Shown here piece after piece: positions 19,182 through 28,924 of a stretch of 64,000 nucleotides of DNA. The stretch spans positions 641,031 through 705,030 of the forward strand of contig CAVXNB010000003.1 of the NCBI GenBank assembly GCA_963763085.1, read 5' to 3'. The first letter of the stretch is position 1. Every line of letters starts with the position of its first letter. The notes beneath the pieces are model-generated. The model made no database searches and was not told where the DNA came from. It saw nothing but the letters and a program-made list of their open reading frames with translations. The DNA is from an uncultured Acidimicrobiaceae bacterium. GTDB lineage: Bacteria; Actinomycetota; Acidimicrobiia; Acidimicrobiales; Bog-793. A program made the translations under genes and the position numbers.

Positions 19182-20357
19182 ATGGCAACCACAGCGGCCG
19201 GCGAGCCCGTCGGGCGCCTGAAGGCGATCCAAGACGCGCTGAGCCCGAGGGAGTGGAGCAGGGTCGCCGGCATGGCGGCGGTCGTGATCGGCCTCAACGT
19301 CGCGGGATGGCTGATGCTGCTCACGGCGACCGGCCACCACTACCACCTGAGCAAAACGGGGCTCTTCGGAATCGGGACCGGTGTGCTCGCTTACACGCTC
19401 GGAATGCGCCACGCGTTCGATGCCGACCACATCGCGGCGATCGACAACACGACCCGCAAGCTCATGGCGGAGGGCAAGCGCCCATTGAGTGTCGGATTTT
19501 TCTTCTCGCTCGGTCATTCCTCGATCGTCTTCGGCTTGGCGCTGTTTCTGAATTTCGGCATCCGGGCCCTCGACAGCCAGGTGAAGAGCGGGTCCTCCGG
19601 GCTGCACAAGTGGACGAACATCGTGGGGACGTCGGTGTCCGGTTTCTTCCTGTATCTCATCGCCGCGCTCAACATCGTCATCCTCGTGTCGATCATCCGG
19701 GTCTTCGCAGACATGCGCAAAGGCAAGTACGACGACGAGGAGCTGGAGGAGCAGCTCAACAAGCGCGGCCTCATGAACCGTTTCCTCGGCGGCCTAGCCC
19801 GCAGAATCGACACGTCGTGGAAGATGTACCCGGTCGGTGTGCTGTTCGGGCTCGGGTTCGACACCGCGACCGAGGTCGCGCTGCTCGTCCTGTCGGGAAC
19901 CGCCGTTGCGAGCGGGCTGCCCTTCTACGCAGTCCTGTCGCTCCCGCTACTTTTCGCTGCAGGGATGTGCCTGTTCGACACGTTGGACGGGTGCTTCATG
20001 AACTTCGCCTACGGCTGGGCGTTCTCGAGACCGATCCGCAAGGTGTACTACAACATCATCATCACCGGGCTCTCGGTCGCGGTCGCCTTCGTGATCGGGA
20101 CGATCGAGCTCGTCGGGCTCCTGTCGACCGAGCTCGATCTGCACGGCGCCTTCTGGGACGCGATGGCCGGCTTCAATATCAATCGGGCCGGCTTCATCAT
20201 CGTCGGCTTGTTCGTCGTCACGTGGGCGGTCGCCCTCGGGATCTGGCGCTTCGGCCGCATCGAGGCGCGCTGGGACCGTTCGGCCGCTCTCGCCAGGACC
20301 GAGACCGCCCCGGGGTCGCTGCACATGGAGCGCCGGCTCGAGGGCCAGCTTGACTGA
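19182..20357 (+). CDS. High-affinity nickel/cobalt transporter (NiCoT, HoxN/HupN/NixA)
   Basis: GMRHAFDADHIAAIDN, FFSLGHSS, LFGLGFDTATE signatures. Confidence 0.95.
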   Translation: MATTAAGEPVGRLKAIQDALSPREWSRVAGMAAVVIGLNVAGWLMLLTATGHHYHLSKTGLFGIGTGVLAYTLGMRHAFDADHIAAIDNTTRKLMAEGKRPLSVGFFFSLGHSSIVFGLALFLNFGIRALDSQVKSGSSGLHKWTNIVGTSVSGFFLYLIAALNIVILVSIIRVFADMRKGKYDDEELEEQLNKRGLMNRFLGGLARRIDTSWKMYPVGVLFGLGFDTATEVALLVLSGTAVASGLPFYAVLSLPLLFAAGMCLFDTLDGCFMNFAYGWAFSRPIRKVYYNIIITGLSVAVAFVIGTIELVGLLSTELDLHGAFWDAMAGFNINRAGFIIVGLFVVTWAVALGIWRFGRIEARWDRSAALARTETAPGSLHMERRLEGQLD

Positions 20358-20751
20358 GCCCCGGGGCGTGGCTGACATTCGAGCGAAGATCGCGACGCGG
20401 CTACGAGCCGTTCCGGGCGTCGTGGAAGCCGATTCGATGTTCCGCGACGAGCCGGCGTACTGGGTCAACGGCAAGGAAGTGGCGCACTTCGAGGACGACG
20501 ACGCCATCGAGATCCGCCTCACGAGGGCCGAGATCCGGGAGCGCCGATCAGAGCTGCGGGCCGACGCCCGGGTGACCCTGCGTCCGAGCGGCGCCGACTG
20601 GCTCACGGTTCGATACGAGTCGGCTCAGGACGTCGACTCCGTCATCGAGCTCGTGGAGATCGCCGAGCGGGCGCACCGTGCCGCGCCCGGGGAGACGACG
20701 AAGCCTCCCCCGGAGGGTCGAGACCTGGACCGCCGCCGCCGGTTCCATTGA
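20350..20751 (+). CDS. Luciferase-like/DUF5519-type small protein
   Basis: AYWVNGKEVAHF..IEIRLT..W.TVR pattern. Confidence 0.55.
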   Translation: MTEPRGVADIRAKIATRLRAVPGVVEADSMFRDEPAYWVNGKEVAHFEDDDAIEIRLTRAEIRERRSELRADARVTLRPSGADWLTVRYESAQDVDSVIELVEIAERAHRAAPGETTKPPPEGRDLDRRRRFH

Positions 20752-20771
20752 GCCCGCGGTCAGCCCAAAGC

Positions 20772-21938
20772 TCAGACCAGGGCCCGCACCCCTCGCTTGG
20801 CGAGCTGGTCGGCGATGATCAGGCGCTGCACCTCGCTCGTTCCCTCCCAGATCCTTTCGACCCGGAGCTCGCGGAAGAAACGCTCCGCGACGTTCTCCCG
20901 CATGTACCCGCGGCCGCCGAAGATCTGCACGGCGCGGTCCGCCACCCGGTTCGCCATCTCTGACGCGAACAGCTTCACCATCGACGCGTGCGCGTGCTGG
21001 ACCTTGACGTCCGTGCCGGCATCGATGCCCCGCGCCGTCTCGTACACGATCGACCGCGCGGCGAACAGCTCCGTCAGACTGTCCGCCAGCATCGCCTGGA
21101 TGAGCTGAAAATCGATGATCGCAGTCCCGTAGACCACGCGCTCCTTCGCGAACGCCGTGGCCTCCTCGATCAGCCGGTCGGCGGCGCCAATGCATCGGGC
21201 CGCGACCATGACCCTCTCGAAACGGAACCACTCGTACGCGAACACCATCCCGCCCCCCTCGGCGCCGACGAGGTGCGAGGCGGGAACGCGCACGTCCTCG
21301 AAGGCGACGATCGGGTGATGGTGGTCGATCGAGTGGGAGTAGGCGGGAGTGCGCACCACACGAACTCCCGGCGTCGGCAGATCGACGATGAACATCGCGT
21401 GCTCGCCGGCGTGCGAGCCGCCGGTCAGCTTCGCCTGGAAGAAGGCGTAGGAGGCGTCGTTGTAGGACGTGACGTGCCACTTGACACCGTTGAGCACGTA
21501 CTCGTCGCCGTCGCGCCGGGCCGTCGCCTGGATAGCGTCCACGTCCGATCCGGCGCCCTCCTCGGTGATCGCGTAGCACTCAGAGGCTTCGCCCCTCACG
21601 CCGGGAATGATCCACTTCTCGAGCTGATGGGGTGTTGCCACGGGCGGGAACCACTGCGGCGGGGTGGTCACCATCCAGCCGAGTGCATTCGTCGCCCGAC
21701 CGACCTGTTCCTGGACGAGGACTTGCTGCAGCATTGTGTAGCCGCCGCCGCCCAGCTCCGCCGGCATGTTCGTCGCCAGCAGCCCGAGCTCCCGAGCCCG
21801 CTCATAGTGCCGGGCCTTGACATCGCCCGGCAGGACGCCGTCGTTCAGCTCTGCGTCGACTTCGTAGGGGATCACCTCGTCGATGAGGAGGCGCGCACGC
21901 GCCTGGACCTCGAGGTCCTCGGTGGACAACTGGTACAT
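20772..21938 (-). CDS. Acyl-CoA dehydrogenase
   Basis: YAITEEGAGSD, LNGVKW, VQIFGGRGY, RIWEGTSEVQR. Confidence 0.95.
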   Translation of the reverse strand: MYQLSTEDLEVQARARLLIDEVIPYEVDAELNDGVLPGDVKARHYERARELGLLATNMPAELGGGGYTMLQQVLVQEQVGRATNALGWMVTTPPQWFPPVATPHQLEKWIIPGVRGEASECYAITEEGAGSDVDAIQATARRDGDEYVLNGVKWHVTSYNDASYAFFQAKLTGGSHAGEHAMFIVDLPTPGVRVVRTPAYSHSIDHHHPIVAFEDVRVPASHLVGAEGGGMVFAYEWFRFERVMVAARCIGAADRLIEEATAFAKERVVYGTAIIDFQLIQAMLADSLTELFAARSIVYETARGIDAGTDVKVQHAHASMVKLFASEMANRVADRAVQIFGGRGYMRENVAERFFRELRVERIWEGTSEVQRLIIADQLAKRGVRALV

Positions 21939-21971
21939 GGAGCGCTCCTGGGTTTCTTAGGCGCCGGCGGC

Positions 21972-21991
21972 TTGACTGGCTGTTCAGTCTA
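21972..21991. promoter_or_regulatory. Palindromic operator copy 1 (TTGACTGGCTGTTCAGTCTA)
   Basis: Matches copies at 25850, 27684 and 33630; immediately upstream of the acyl-CoA dehydrogenase. Confidence 0.7.
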
Positions 21992-24176
21992 GGCCGAGCG
22001 GGGCGGCGTCTCCCCTGGCGACGACCAGAGCGTCGAGCGCCACCACGCCGTCGGGCCCGCAGCGGAGCGGGTTGATGTCGAGAGCCTCGAGCCCGCCGCT
22101 CAGCTCCTCGGCGAGGACAGAGACCGCGACGACCGCGTCGACCACGGCCTCGAGATCGGCAGCGGGCTGTCCGCGGACCCCATCCAGTAGCCGGCGGACA
22201 CCCAGCCGGCCGATCAGGCGCCGCGCCAGGTCCCGGTCGATCGGAGGCAGACCGACGGCGCGGTCGGCGAGGAGCTCGACCAGGATCCCGCCGGCGCCCA
22301 CGACCACCAGCGGGCCGAGCTGAGGGTCGCGCACGAGCCCCAACGACAGCTCGACGCCGTCGGGCGCCGTCGCTGCCACGAGCACGCGCTTGCCGAGCCT
22401 TTCGGCCAGGTCGTCGAATGCGCCGGCGACCTCGTCCGCGCCGGCCAGGCCGAGCACGACGCCCCCGACGTCGGACTTGTGCGCGATCGCGGGTTCGTCG
22501 GTCTTCAGCACCACGGGGTAGCCGAGGCGGTTCGCCGCCTCGACCGCGGCAGCCCGGTCGGACACGGCCACGGCGGGCACGGCTCCGATCCCGTACGCGG
22601 CCAGCAAGCCGAACGCATCGGCGCCCGCTATCGGTCCCGACGCCAGCCGTGCGAGCCAGTGGGCCTGGCGGACGTCGTCGAGCCCGCTCGGGAGGTCCTG
22701 GGCCGGCGCGGCGGCGCCGTGCCGGTCGTCCCGGTCGTGCCGCTCGTGCCGGTCGTGCCGGTCGTGCCACTCGAGCAGATGCTTCATGGCGAGCAGGCCC
22801 GTCCGGGTGCCCTCGAGCACCGGGACGCCTGCCGCCCGCAGCCGCGCCGCCGCCTCGGGGTTGATCGCACTGTGCAGATTGGCCAGCAGAGCCACGGGCT
22901 TGGTCGTCGAGTTGAAGGCGTCGATCACGGCTAGCTCGTTGTCGGTGTCGCCGTCGAGCTCCTGCACGAGGTCGAGGCAGGCGGCGACCGCGGCGACGGC
23001 ATCGTCCTCCGCCAGAGCGACGAGCGACGACGTGAGCACCCGCCGGGAGTCGGCTCCGGTGTCCCACACGTCGAGAGGATTGCCGGGCTCGAGGCCGGGG
23101 TCGATGATGCCGGCAAGGCGGTGACAAGTGGTCTCGGAGATCGGTGCGAACGGGACGCCGAGCGCGTCGGCGACGTCGACGACGAGCGCGCGCTCGGCTC
23201 CCGAATCGTGCGCCGTCGCGATCCCGGTCCCGCCCGATGTGGTCGAGGCCGGCCTGCCGGCGGCGAAGAGCTCGAGCGTGTCGGTCATCTCGTCGAGATC
23301 CCTCACCCTGATGACCCCGTAAGCGTCGAACAGGGCCTCCCAGGCCCCGTCGTCCCCGGCGAGGGCGCCCGAGTGGGCAGCCACCATGGCGCGGCCGGTC
23401 GGCGAACCGCCGACCGTGAGCGCCACGACCGGGATACCGCCCGCGGCCGCGCGGGCGAGCGCCGACCGCAACGCCTCGGGCTCCCGCAGGGCCTCGAGGA
23501 GCAGCGCCACGATGCCAGTGCCGGGGAGGTCGAGCGCGTAGTCGATATACGAGGCGGCCGGCGTGACGAGCTCCTGGCCCGAGGAAACCGCGAGCGTGAA
23601 GCCGAGCCGCCGGCGGGTCCTGAGCAACGCCGAGAATGCGGAACCGGAGTGGCTGACGAACGCGACCGGGCCGCTGGGCAGTGGATCGGGCTCGAGGTAG
23701 CCGATCGCCCGGAGCCCGTGCTCGAGATTGACGAAGCCCATGCAGCCGCCGCCGCACAACGCCATCTCGGCTCCCCGGGCGATGGCCGCGAGCCGTTCCC
23801 GCAACGAGGGTCCCGCCGGCGCGCCGAGGTCGTGGGCGCTGCCGAAGATGACGGCGGACCGGTCGCCGCGCGCCGCGGCGCGTCCGAGCTCGGCCTCGAG
23901 CGCCTCGTCTCGCACGCCCAGAAGAACGAGATCGACAGGTTCCGGAAGGTCGTCGAGCGACGGCACGCAGGCTCGCCCGAGGACCCGGTCGTAGCGAGGG
24001 TTCACCGGGTACATCTCGACCGGGCCCGGGCTGCGGGCGACCTCGCTCGTCATGCGCCAGCCGAAGCTTCCCGCCCGTTCGCTGGCGCCGACGACTGCGA
24101 CCGTGCGTGCCTCGAGCATCGATCGCACTGCGTCTCGCCCGCCGTCGTCGGCTGCGCTGGCCTCCCGGGCGCTCAC
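21984..24176 (-). CDS. ADP-forming acetate/acyl-CoA ligase (CoA-binding + ATP-grasp)
   Basis: VAVVGAS, YPVNP, SHSGSA, AHSGALAG (phospho-His), GYPVVLK..HKSDVGGV, DINPL. Confidence 0.9.
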   Translation of the reverse strand: MSAREASAADDGGRDAVRSMLEARTVAVVGASERAGSFGWRMTSEVARSPGPVEMYPVNPRYDRVLGRACVPSLDDLPEPVDLVLLGVRDEALEAELGRAAARGDRSAVIFGSAHDLGAPAGPSLRERLAAIARGAEMALCGGGCMGFVNLEHGLRAIGYLEPDPLPSGPVAFVSHSGSAFSALLRTRRRLGFTLAVSSGQELVTPAASYIDYALDLPGTGIVALLLEALREPEALRSALARAAAGGIPVVALTVGGSPTGRAMVAAHSGALAGDDGAWEALFDAYGVIRVRDLDEMTDTLELFAAGRPASTTSGGTGIATAHDSGAERALVVDVADALGVPFAPISETTCHRLAGIIDPGLEPGNPLDVWDTGADSRRVLTSSLVALAEDDAVAAVAACLDLVQELDGDTDNELAVIDAFNSTTKPVALLANLHSAINPEAAARLRAAGVPVLEGTRTGLLAMKHLLEWHDRHDRHERHDRDDRHGAAAPAQDLPSGLDDVRQAHWLARLASGPIAGADAFGLLAAYGIGAVPAVAVSDRAAAVEAANRLGYPVVLKTDEPAIAHKSDVGGVVLGLAGADEVAGAFDDLAERLGKRVLVAATAPDGVELSLGLVRDPQLGPLVVVGAGGILVELLADRAVGLPPIDRDLARRLIGRLGVRRLLDGVRGQPAADLEAVVDAVVAVSVLAEELSGGLEALDINPLRCGPDGVVALDALVVARGDAAPLGLD

Positions 24177-25822
24177 CGGTCGCGACGGAGCAGCCGGGCT
24201 GCCCGCGTCCCGGCCTGCTCGATTCGCCGGTCTGCGATGGCCGCCTTCGCCGCCTGCCAGCCCGGAATGCCACAGACCCCCCCGCCGGCGTGCGTTGCCG
24301 AGCTGGCGTAGTAGAGGCCCTTGATGGGCGTCCGGTAGTTGGCGTAGCCAGGCGCCGGCCGCATGTGGAACAACTGCTCGAGCGAGAGCTCGCCGTGGAA
24401 GATGTTGCCCCCCACGAGGCCGTACTCGTGCTCCATCTCGTAGGGCCCGACGACGTCCCGGTGCAGGATGGAGGCCCTGAAATTCGGGGCCAGCTCCTCG
24501 TAGCAGTCGATCATCCGGTCGGCGTACGCCTCGAGCTCGTCCTTGTGAGGCTCGGCGCTCCAGTCGGCGGGAACCCATTGGGTGAACAACGACATGATGT
24601 GTGTGCCCTCCGGGCACAGGGTGCGGTCGAACGTCGTCGGGATGACGCTGTCGCTGAACGGGCGGGCGGCGGGGCGGCCCTCCCGCGCATCCTGAAAGGC
24701 CCGCTCGATGTACTCGACCGACGGGGCCATCTCCACCGAACCCGTGTGGTGCTCCTGGAGGTTCGTCCCGGGATCGGCGGAGAAATTCGGGAGCTCGCTG
24801 AGGGCGAGATTGACCTTCACGACACCGCTGCGGCTCTTCCAGTGCTCGATGTCCCGGACGAAGTCGCTCGGCAGCTCGTCACGAGCGATGTGCTCCAGGA
24901 ACGCGGTTCTGGGGTGAAGGCTCGTGATCACGAGCGGCGCTGTGATCTCTTCGCCCTCCTCCAGCACGGCGCCACGGACCCTGCCGCCCTCGACCAGTAG
25001 ACGCGCGACGCCGGCGTTGGTGCGCACTTCGGCGCCGAAGCCGACCGCGGCCCTCCTGATGGCCCCCGACACGGCGCCCATCCCACCCTCTGGGAAGCCC
25101 CAGCTGCCAAGGTGGCCGTCGCCGACGTCGCCGATGGAGTGGTGCGCCATCACGTAGGCCGTCCCGGGCTCGTACGGCCCGGCCCAGGTCCCGATGACGC
25201 CGTTCACCGCCATCGCGGCCTTGACCTGCGGCGACTCGAACCAGTCGTCCAGCAGGTCGGCAATGCTCATCGTCATGAGCCGGGTCACGCCTGCGATGGT
25301 CCGGACATCGAGGCCCTTGTGACGCCAGACCAACCGCAGGGTGTCGCGCACGTCGGCCGGCCTGCGAGATCCGAGGTTGGGCGGAACAGTGAGCAGGAGC
25401 GGGCCGAGCACTTCGGCGAGGCCGCTCATCCAGGCGTCCCACTTCGGCATCGCCTCGGCGTCCTTCCGGGACCACTTCACGATCTCCTCGTGGTTGCGCC
25501 TGGAGTCGTCGGCGAAGATCTTGATCGACCCGCCTTCGGGAAAGGCCTGGTAGTACGGTCCCATCGGGAAGATCTTGTAGCCGTTCCGCTCGAGGTCGAG
25601 GTCCTTGATGATCGTCGGCGGCATCAGGCTCATCACGTACGACAACCGCGTCACCTTGAACTCCGGCGCATCCGGCCATGGGCTCTCCGTGGTCGCCGCG
25701 CCTCCGGTCGTCGGGCGGGACTCGAGCACCAAGGTGTCGGCTCCCGATCGCGCGAGGTACGCCGCTGCGACGAGGCCGTTATGGCCCCCGCCGACCACGA
25801 TCGCGTCGTATGTGGACTTCAT
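24173..25822 (-). CDS. Phytoene dehydrogenase-like FAD-dependent oxidoreductase
   Basis: VVGGGHNGLVAAAYLA, GGMGAVS, GGNIFHGEL, THAGGGVCGIPG. Confidence 0.9.
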   Translation of the reverse strand: MKSTYDAIVVGGGHNGLVAAAYLARSGADTLVLESRPTTGGAATTESPWPDAPEFKVTRLSYVMSLMPPTIIKDLDLERNGYKIFPMGPYYQAFPEGGSIKIFADDSRRNHEEIVKWSRKDAEAMPKWDAWMSGLAEVLGPLLLTVPPNLGSRRPADVRDTLRLVWRHKGLDVRTIAGVTRLMTMSIADLLDDWFESPQVKAAMAVNGVIGTWAGPYEPGTAYVMAHHSIGDVGDGHLGSWGFPEGGMGAVSGAIRRAAVGFGAEVRTNAGVARLLVEGGRVRGAVLEEGEEITAPLVITSLHPRTAFLEHIARDELPSDFVRDIEHWKSRSGVVKVNLALSELPNFSADPGTNLQEHHTGSVEMAPSVEYIERAFQDAREGRPAARPFSDSVIPTTFDRTLCPEGTHIMSLFTQWVPADWSAEPHKDELEAYADRMIDCYEELAPNFRASILHRDVVGPYEMEHEYGLVGGNIFHGELSLEQLFHMRPAPGYANYRTPIKGLYYASSATHAGGGVCGIPGWQAAKAAIADRRIEQAGTRAARLLRRDR

Positions 25823-25849
25823 GACTGCGGGACTCCGTTTCTCGGAAGG

Positions 25850-25869
25850 TTGACTGACCGTTCAGTTTA
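25850..25869. promoter_or_regulatory. Palindromic operator copy 2 (TTGACTGACCGTTCAGTTTA)
   Basis: In the divergent gap between the oxidoreductase and tetR. Confidence 0.75.
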
Positions 25870-25940
25870 GGCGCCTGATACGTTGGCGGACAAGACCCGC
25901 ACGGGACCTGCGAGGACCTGCAAGGAGCGAGGATGCACCG

Positions 25941-26598
25941 GTGAGCGTGGACGACGGGGAGCTGAACGGCGCGCCCGAGGTCCGGCGTGAGCAGATGATC
26001 CGCGCCGCGCTCGAGGTCATCCAGGAGCGCGGCTTCCCCGATACGCGCATCGCTGACGTCGCGCAACGTGCCGGGGTCAGCCCGGCGCTCGTCATCTATT
26101 ACTTCGGCACCAAGGACAGCTTGCTGACCGAGGCCATGCGCTTCTCGGAGGACGCCTTCTACGACCTCGGCGCAAGGCGCATGGAGGCGATCGCCAGCGC
26201 CAAGGGACGACTCGAGGAGATCGTCGCGCTCGACGTGCCTCCCGACCGACGAGGACGACGCGGCGGACTCGTGGACGCTCTGGCTCGATCTCTGGGCCCA
26301 GGCCGCCAGGCATCCGGCCGTCGCCCGGGTACGCGAGGAATTCGACGAGCACTGGCGCGAGACGCTGCGCACCATCGTTCGCAAAGGTCAGGCCGACGGG
26401 GAGTTCCGCGCGATCGACGCCGACGACTTCGCCGTCGGCTTCTCGGCTCTGCTGGACGGGCTTGCGATTCAGATCGCGCTCCGGGATCCCGTCGTGGACG
26501 GCCGGCGGGCGTTCGAGTTGAGCATGAGGGTTGCGGCCGCGCAGCTCGGTTTCGAGTGGTCGCCCTCTGATCGGTCCCCGCCGGCGCGCAAGGCTTAG
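25941..26598 (+). CDS. TetR family regulator with BetI-type C-terminal domain; frameshift near 26231
   Basis: IADVAQRAGVSPALVIYYFGTKDSLL; after the shift WTLWLDLWAQA...ALLDGLAIQ, stop at 26598. Confidence 0.88.
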
Positions 26599-26623
26599 CC
26601 CGCGCGGACCACCTCTGGTGCGT

Positions 26624-27592
26624 CTATGGCGCGGCCGCATCCCCGCGGCGCGCGATCAGCAGGTGGTACAGCAAGATGAGCTGCGTTATGGCAAGCGGAC
26701 CGCTGTCGACGCCCGGCTCGATCTGGCCCAATGAGGGCGGGACGGGCTCCGGCACGCCGAGGCGTGACCACACCTCGGTCGCGATCTCGTCGGAGGTGGA
26801 CTTCGGCGCGTAGCCGTGGATGTGCAAGGCGTCGACCGGCTTGCCGTCGCGGTCGCGGATCAGCTTCAGGTGGACGGCCTTGCGGTGGTCGTCGGTGAGG
26901 ATCGAGGACAGGTCGGGGTGCGGGATCGTCGGGCGAAGCAGGAGCGTGGCGCTGAGCGGGTCGTCGGTTGCCTCGTGGCGCTCCTCGATCGGCCCGAAGC
27001 TCACGACGATGTCGGCGAAGGCACGTTGCGGCCGGATGTAGGCGGCCGAGTCCGGCTCGCGGCGTTCGAGGTCCGCCAGGACCTGGTCGCGCTCATAGCC
27101 GCGCTGGGCGCAGTCGCGCTTGATCTTCCACGCGTGGCGGATCACCTCGGGCGGGTCGAGGTAGGCCGTGACATCAAAACAAGCCCTCGCGAGCCGCGAG
27201 TGCAACGGCAACAGCCCCTCGACGATGACGAACTCCCTCGGCTCGACGAGCACCGGGCGCTCCAGGGTGCCCTGGCTGTGGTTGTAGACCGGCTTGAGGA
27301 TCGGCTGGCCGAGTGAAAGGAGCTGGAGGTGCTGCTCCATGATCTCGACGTAGTTGCACCTCGGATCGAGCGGCGTGAACGGGAGGCTCCGGCGCTCGAC
27401 ACGGTCGTAGCTGTGGTAGTCGTCGACGCAGATCGCCGTGATGCGCTCCGGCCCGAGCGCCCGGGTCAACCCGCGGGTGAGCGTCGTCTTTCCGGCGGCG
27501 CTGTCGCCGGCGATGGCGAGCATCGTCGGCCGGACGCGACCTGACCCGCTGTCGCGCCAAGCCCGGCTGATCGCCATCTGCTTGTCGGGCAT
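26624..27592 (-). CDS. prk: Phosphoribulokinase (cyanobacterial/plant-like class)
   Basis: AGDSAAGKTT, DDYH.YDR..R, ILKPVYNH..G, WKIKRD..RG, YIRPQR.FAD. Confidence 0.85.
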   Translation of the reverse strand: MPDKQMAISRAWRDSGSGRVRPTMLAIAGDSAAGKTTLTRGLTRALGPERITAICVDDYHSYDRVERRSLPFTPLDPRCNYVEIMEQHLQLLSLGQPILKPVYNHSQGTLERPVLVEPREFVIVEGLLPLHSRLARACFDVTAYLDPPEVIRHAWKIKRDCAQRGYERDQVLADLERREPDSAAYIRPQRAFADIVVSFGPIEERHEATDDPLSATLLLRPTIPHPDLSSILTDDHRKAVHLKLIRDRDGKPVDALHIHGYAPKSTSDEIATEVWSRLGVPEPVPPSLGQIEPGVDSGPLAITQLILLYHLLIARRGDAAAP

Positions 27593-27683
27593 CCTGGGAC
27601 GGTACGCAACCGGGACCCGCCAGGCAAACAGCGCAGCCCTCGCGCCGCGTCCAGGCACCCCTGGACCCGGGCCCGATTCGCGT

Positions 27684-27702
27684 TAAACTGGCGTTCAGTC
27701 AA
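27684..27702. promoter_or_regulatory. Palindromic operator copy 3 (TAAACTGGCGTTCAGTCAA, inverted, 1 nt shorter)
   Basis: Between divergent prk and potA. Confidence 0.65.
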
Positions 27703-27724
27703 GCAGAAGCCGGGGGGTTGAGCG

Positions 27725-28912
27725 ATGCCAGGTGGGGAGATCCGGCTCGTCGAGCTGACCAAGCAGTTCGGCGGCATCCGTGCCGTCGACGGCATCAATC
27801 TCGAGATCGAAAGTGGCGAGTTCTTCTCGCTTCTCGGGCCGTCGGGCTGCGGGAAGACGACGACGTTGCGACTCGTGGCCGGCTTCGAGGAGCCGACCGC
27901 CGGCAACATCCTGCTCGACGGGACCGACGTGGCGCGTCTCCCCGCCCACAAGCGCAACGTCAATACCGTCTTCCAGAGCTACGCCCTCTTCCCCTTCCTC
28001 ACGGTGGCCGAGAACGTCGCCTTCGGTCTCAAGTACAAGTCGCTGTCGAAGCAGGAGTCAGCCAAGCGGGTCGGCGACGCCATCGAGTTGGTCCAGCTCA
28101 ACGGCTATGAAAAGCGGCGCCCCGGCCAGCTCTCCGGTGGCCAGCAGCAGCGGGTCGCGCTCGCCCGCGCCCTCGTGCTGAACCCGGCCGTGCTCCTGCT
28201 CGACGAGCCGCTCGGGGCCCTCGATGCGAAGCTCCGCCGCACACTCCAAGTCGAGCTGAAGGCGCTTCAGGAGCGGGTCGGGATCACGTTCATCTACGTG
28301 ACCCATGACCAGGAGGAAGCCCTCACCATGTCCGATCGGCTGGCCGTGATGGCGAGCGGGCGGATCGCCCAGATCGGAACCCCTGAAGACGTCTACGAGC
28401 AGCCGGCCGATGCCTACGTCGCCGACTTTCTCGGCATCTCGAATCTCATGGAAGCGACCGTCACGCGCCACGGCGAGGGTTGCTGCTACATCAAGCTCGG
28501 CGACTTCGAGGTAACCGCCGGGTGCGGCGCGCTCGATGCGACCGGAGCCGTGAAGATCGCCGTGCGTCCTGAGCGCGTCCGCCTCGAGCCGTTCGACGCG
28601 ACCGGTGTCAACCGCATTCCCGCCATGGTGGAGCGGCTGGTGTTCCTCGGATCGGCGACCCAGGTCATCGTCCGCCTCGCCCCGGGCGCACGGGTGCAGG
28701 CGCTCGTGCACAACGACGGCGAGCCCCTCAGCTACGAGCAGGGGACCCCCCTGCAGGCGTTCCTGCCCCCCGAAGCGGTCCGCGTGCTGCCCGAGAGCAA
28801 TATCATCGCCGGCTCGAGCTCCATCGACGAGGACGGCCTCGCACCCGAGCCGGGCGCGTTCAACCTGACCGCAGCGGTCGCTTCCGGCGCGCCGCACATG
28901 CCTGGCGAGTGA
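27725..28912 (+). CDS. potA: Polyamine-type ABC transporter ATP-binding protein
   Basis: [36 protein letters not shown]-terminus. Confidence 0.9.
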   Translation: MPGGEIRLVELTKQFGGIRAVDGINLEIESGEFFSLLGPSGCGKTTTLRLVAGFEEPTAGNILLDGTDVARLPAHKRNVNTVFQSYALFPFLTVAENVAFGLKYKSLSKQESAKRVGDAIELVQLNGYEKRRPGQLSGGQQQRVALARALVLNPAVLLLDEPLGALDAKLRRTLQVELKALQERVGITFIYVTHDQEEALTMSDRLAVMASGRIAQIGTPEDVYEQPADAYVADFLGISNLMEATVTRHGEGCCYIKLGDFEVTAGCGALDATGAVKIAVRPERVRLEPFDATGVNRIPAMVERLVFLGSATQVIVRLAPGARVQALVHNDGEPLSYEQGTPLQAFLPPEAVRVLPESNIIAGSSSIDEDGLAPEPGAFNLTAAVASGAPHMPGE

Positions 28913-28924
28913 CGCCGGAGGACC

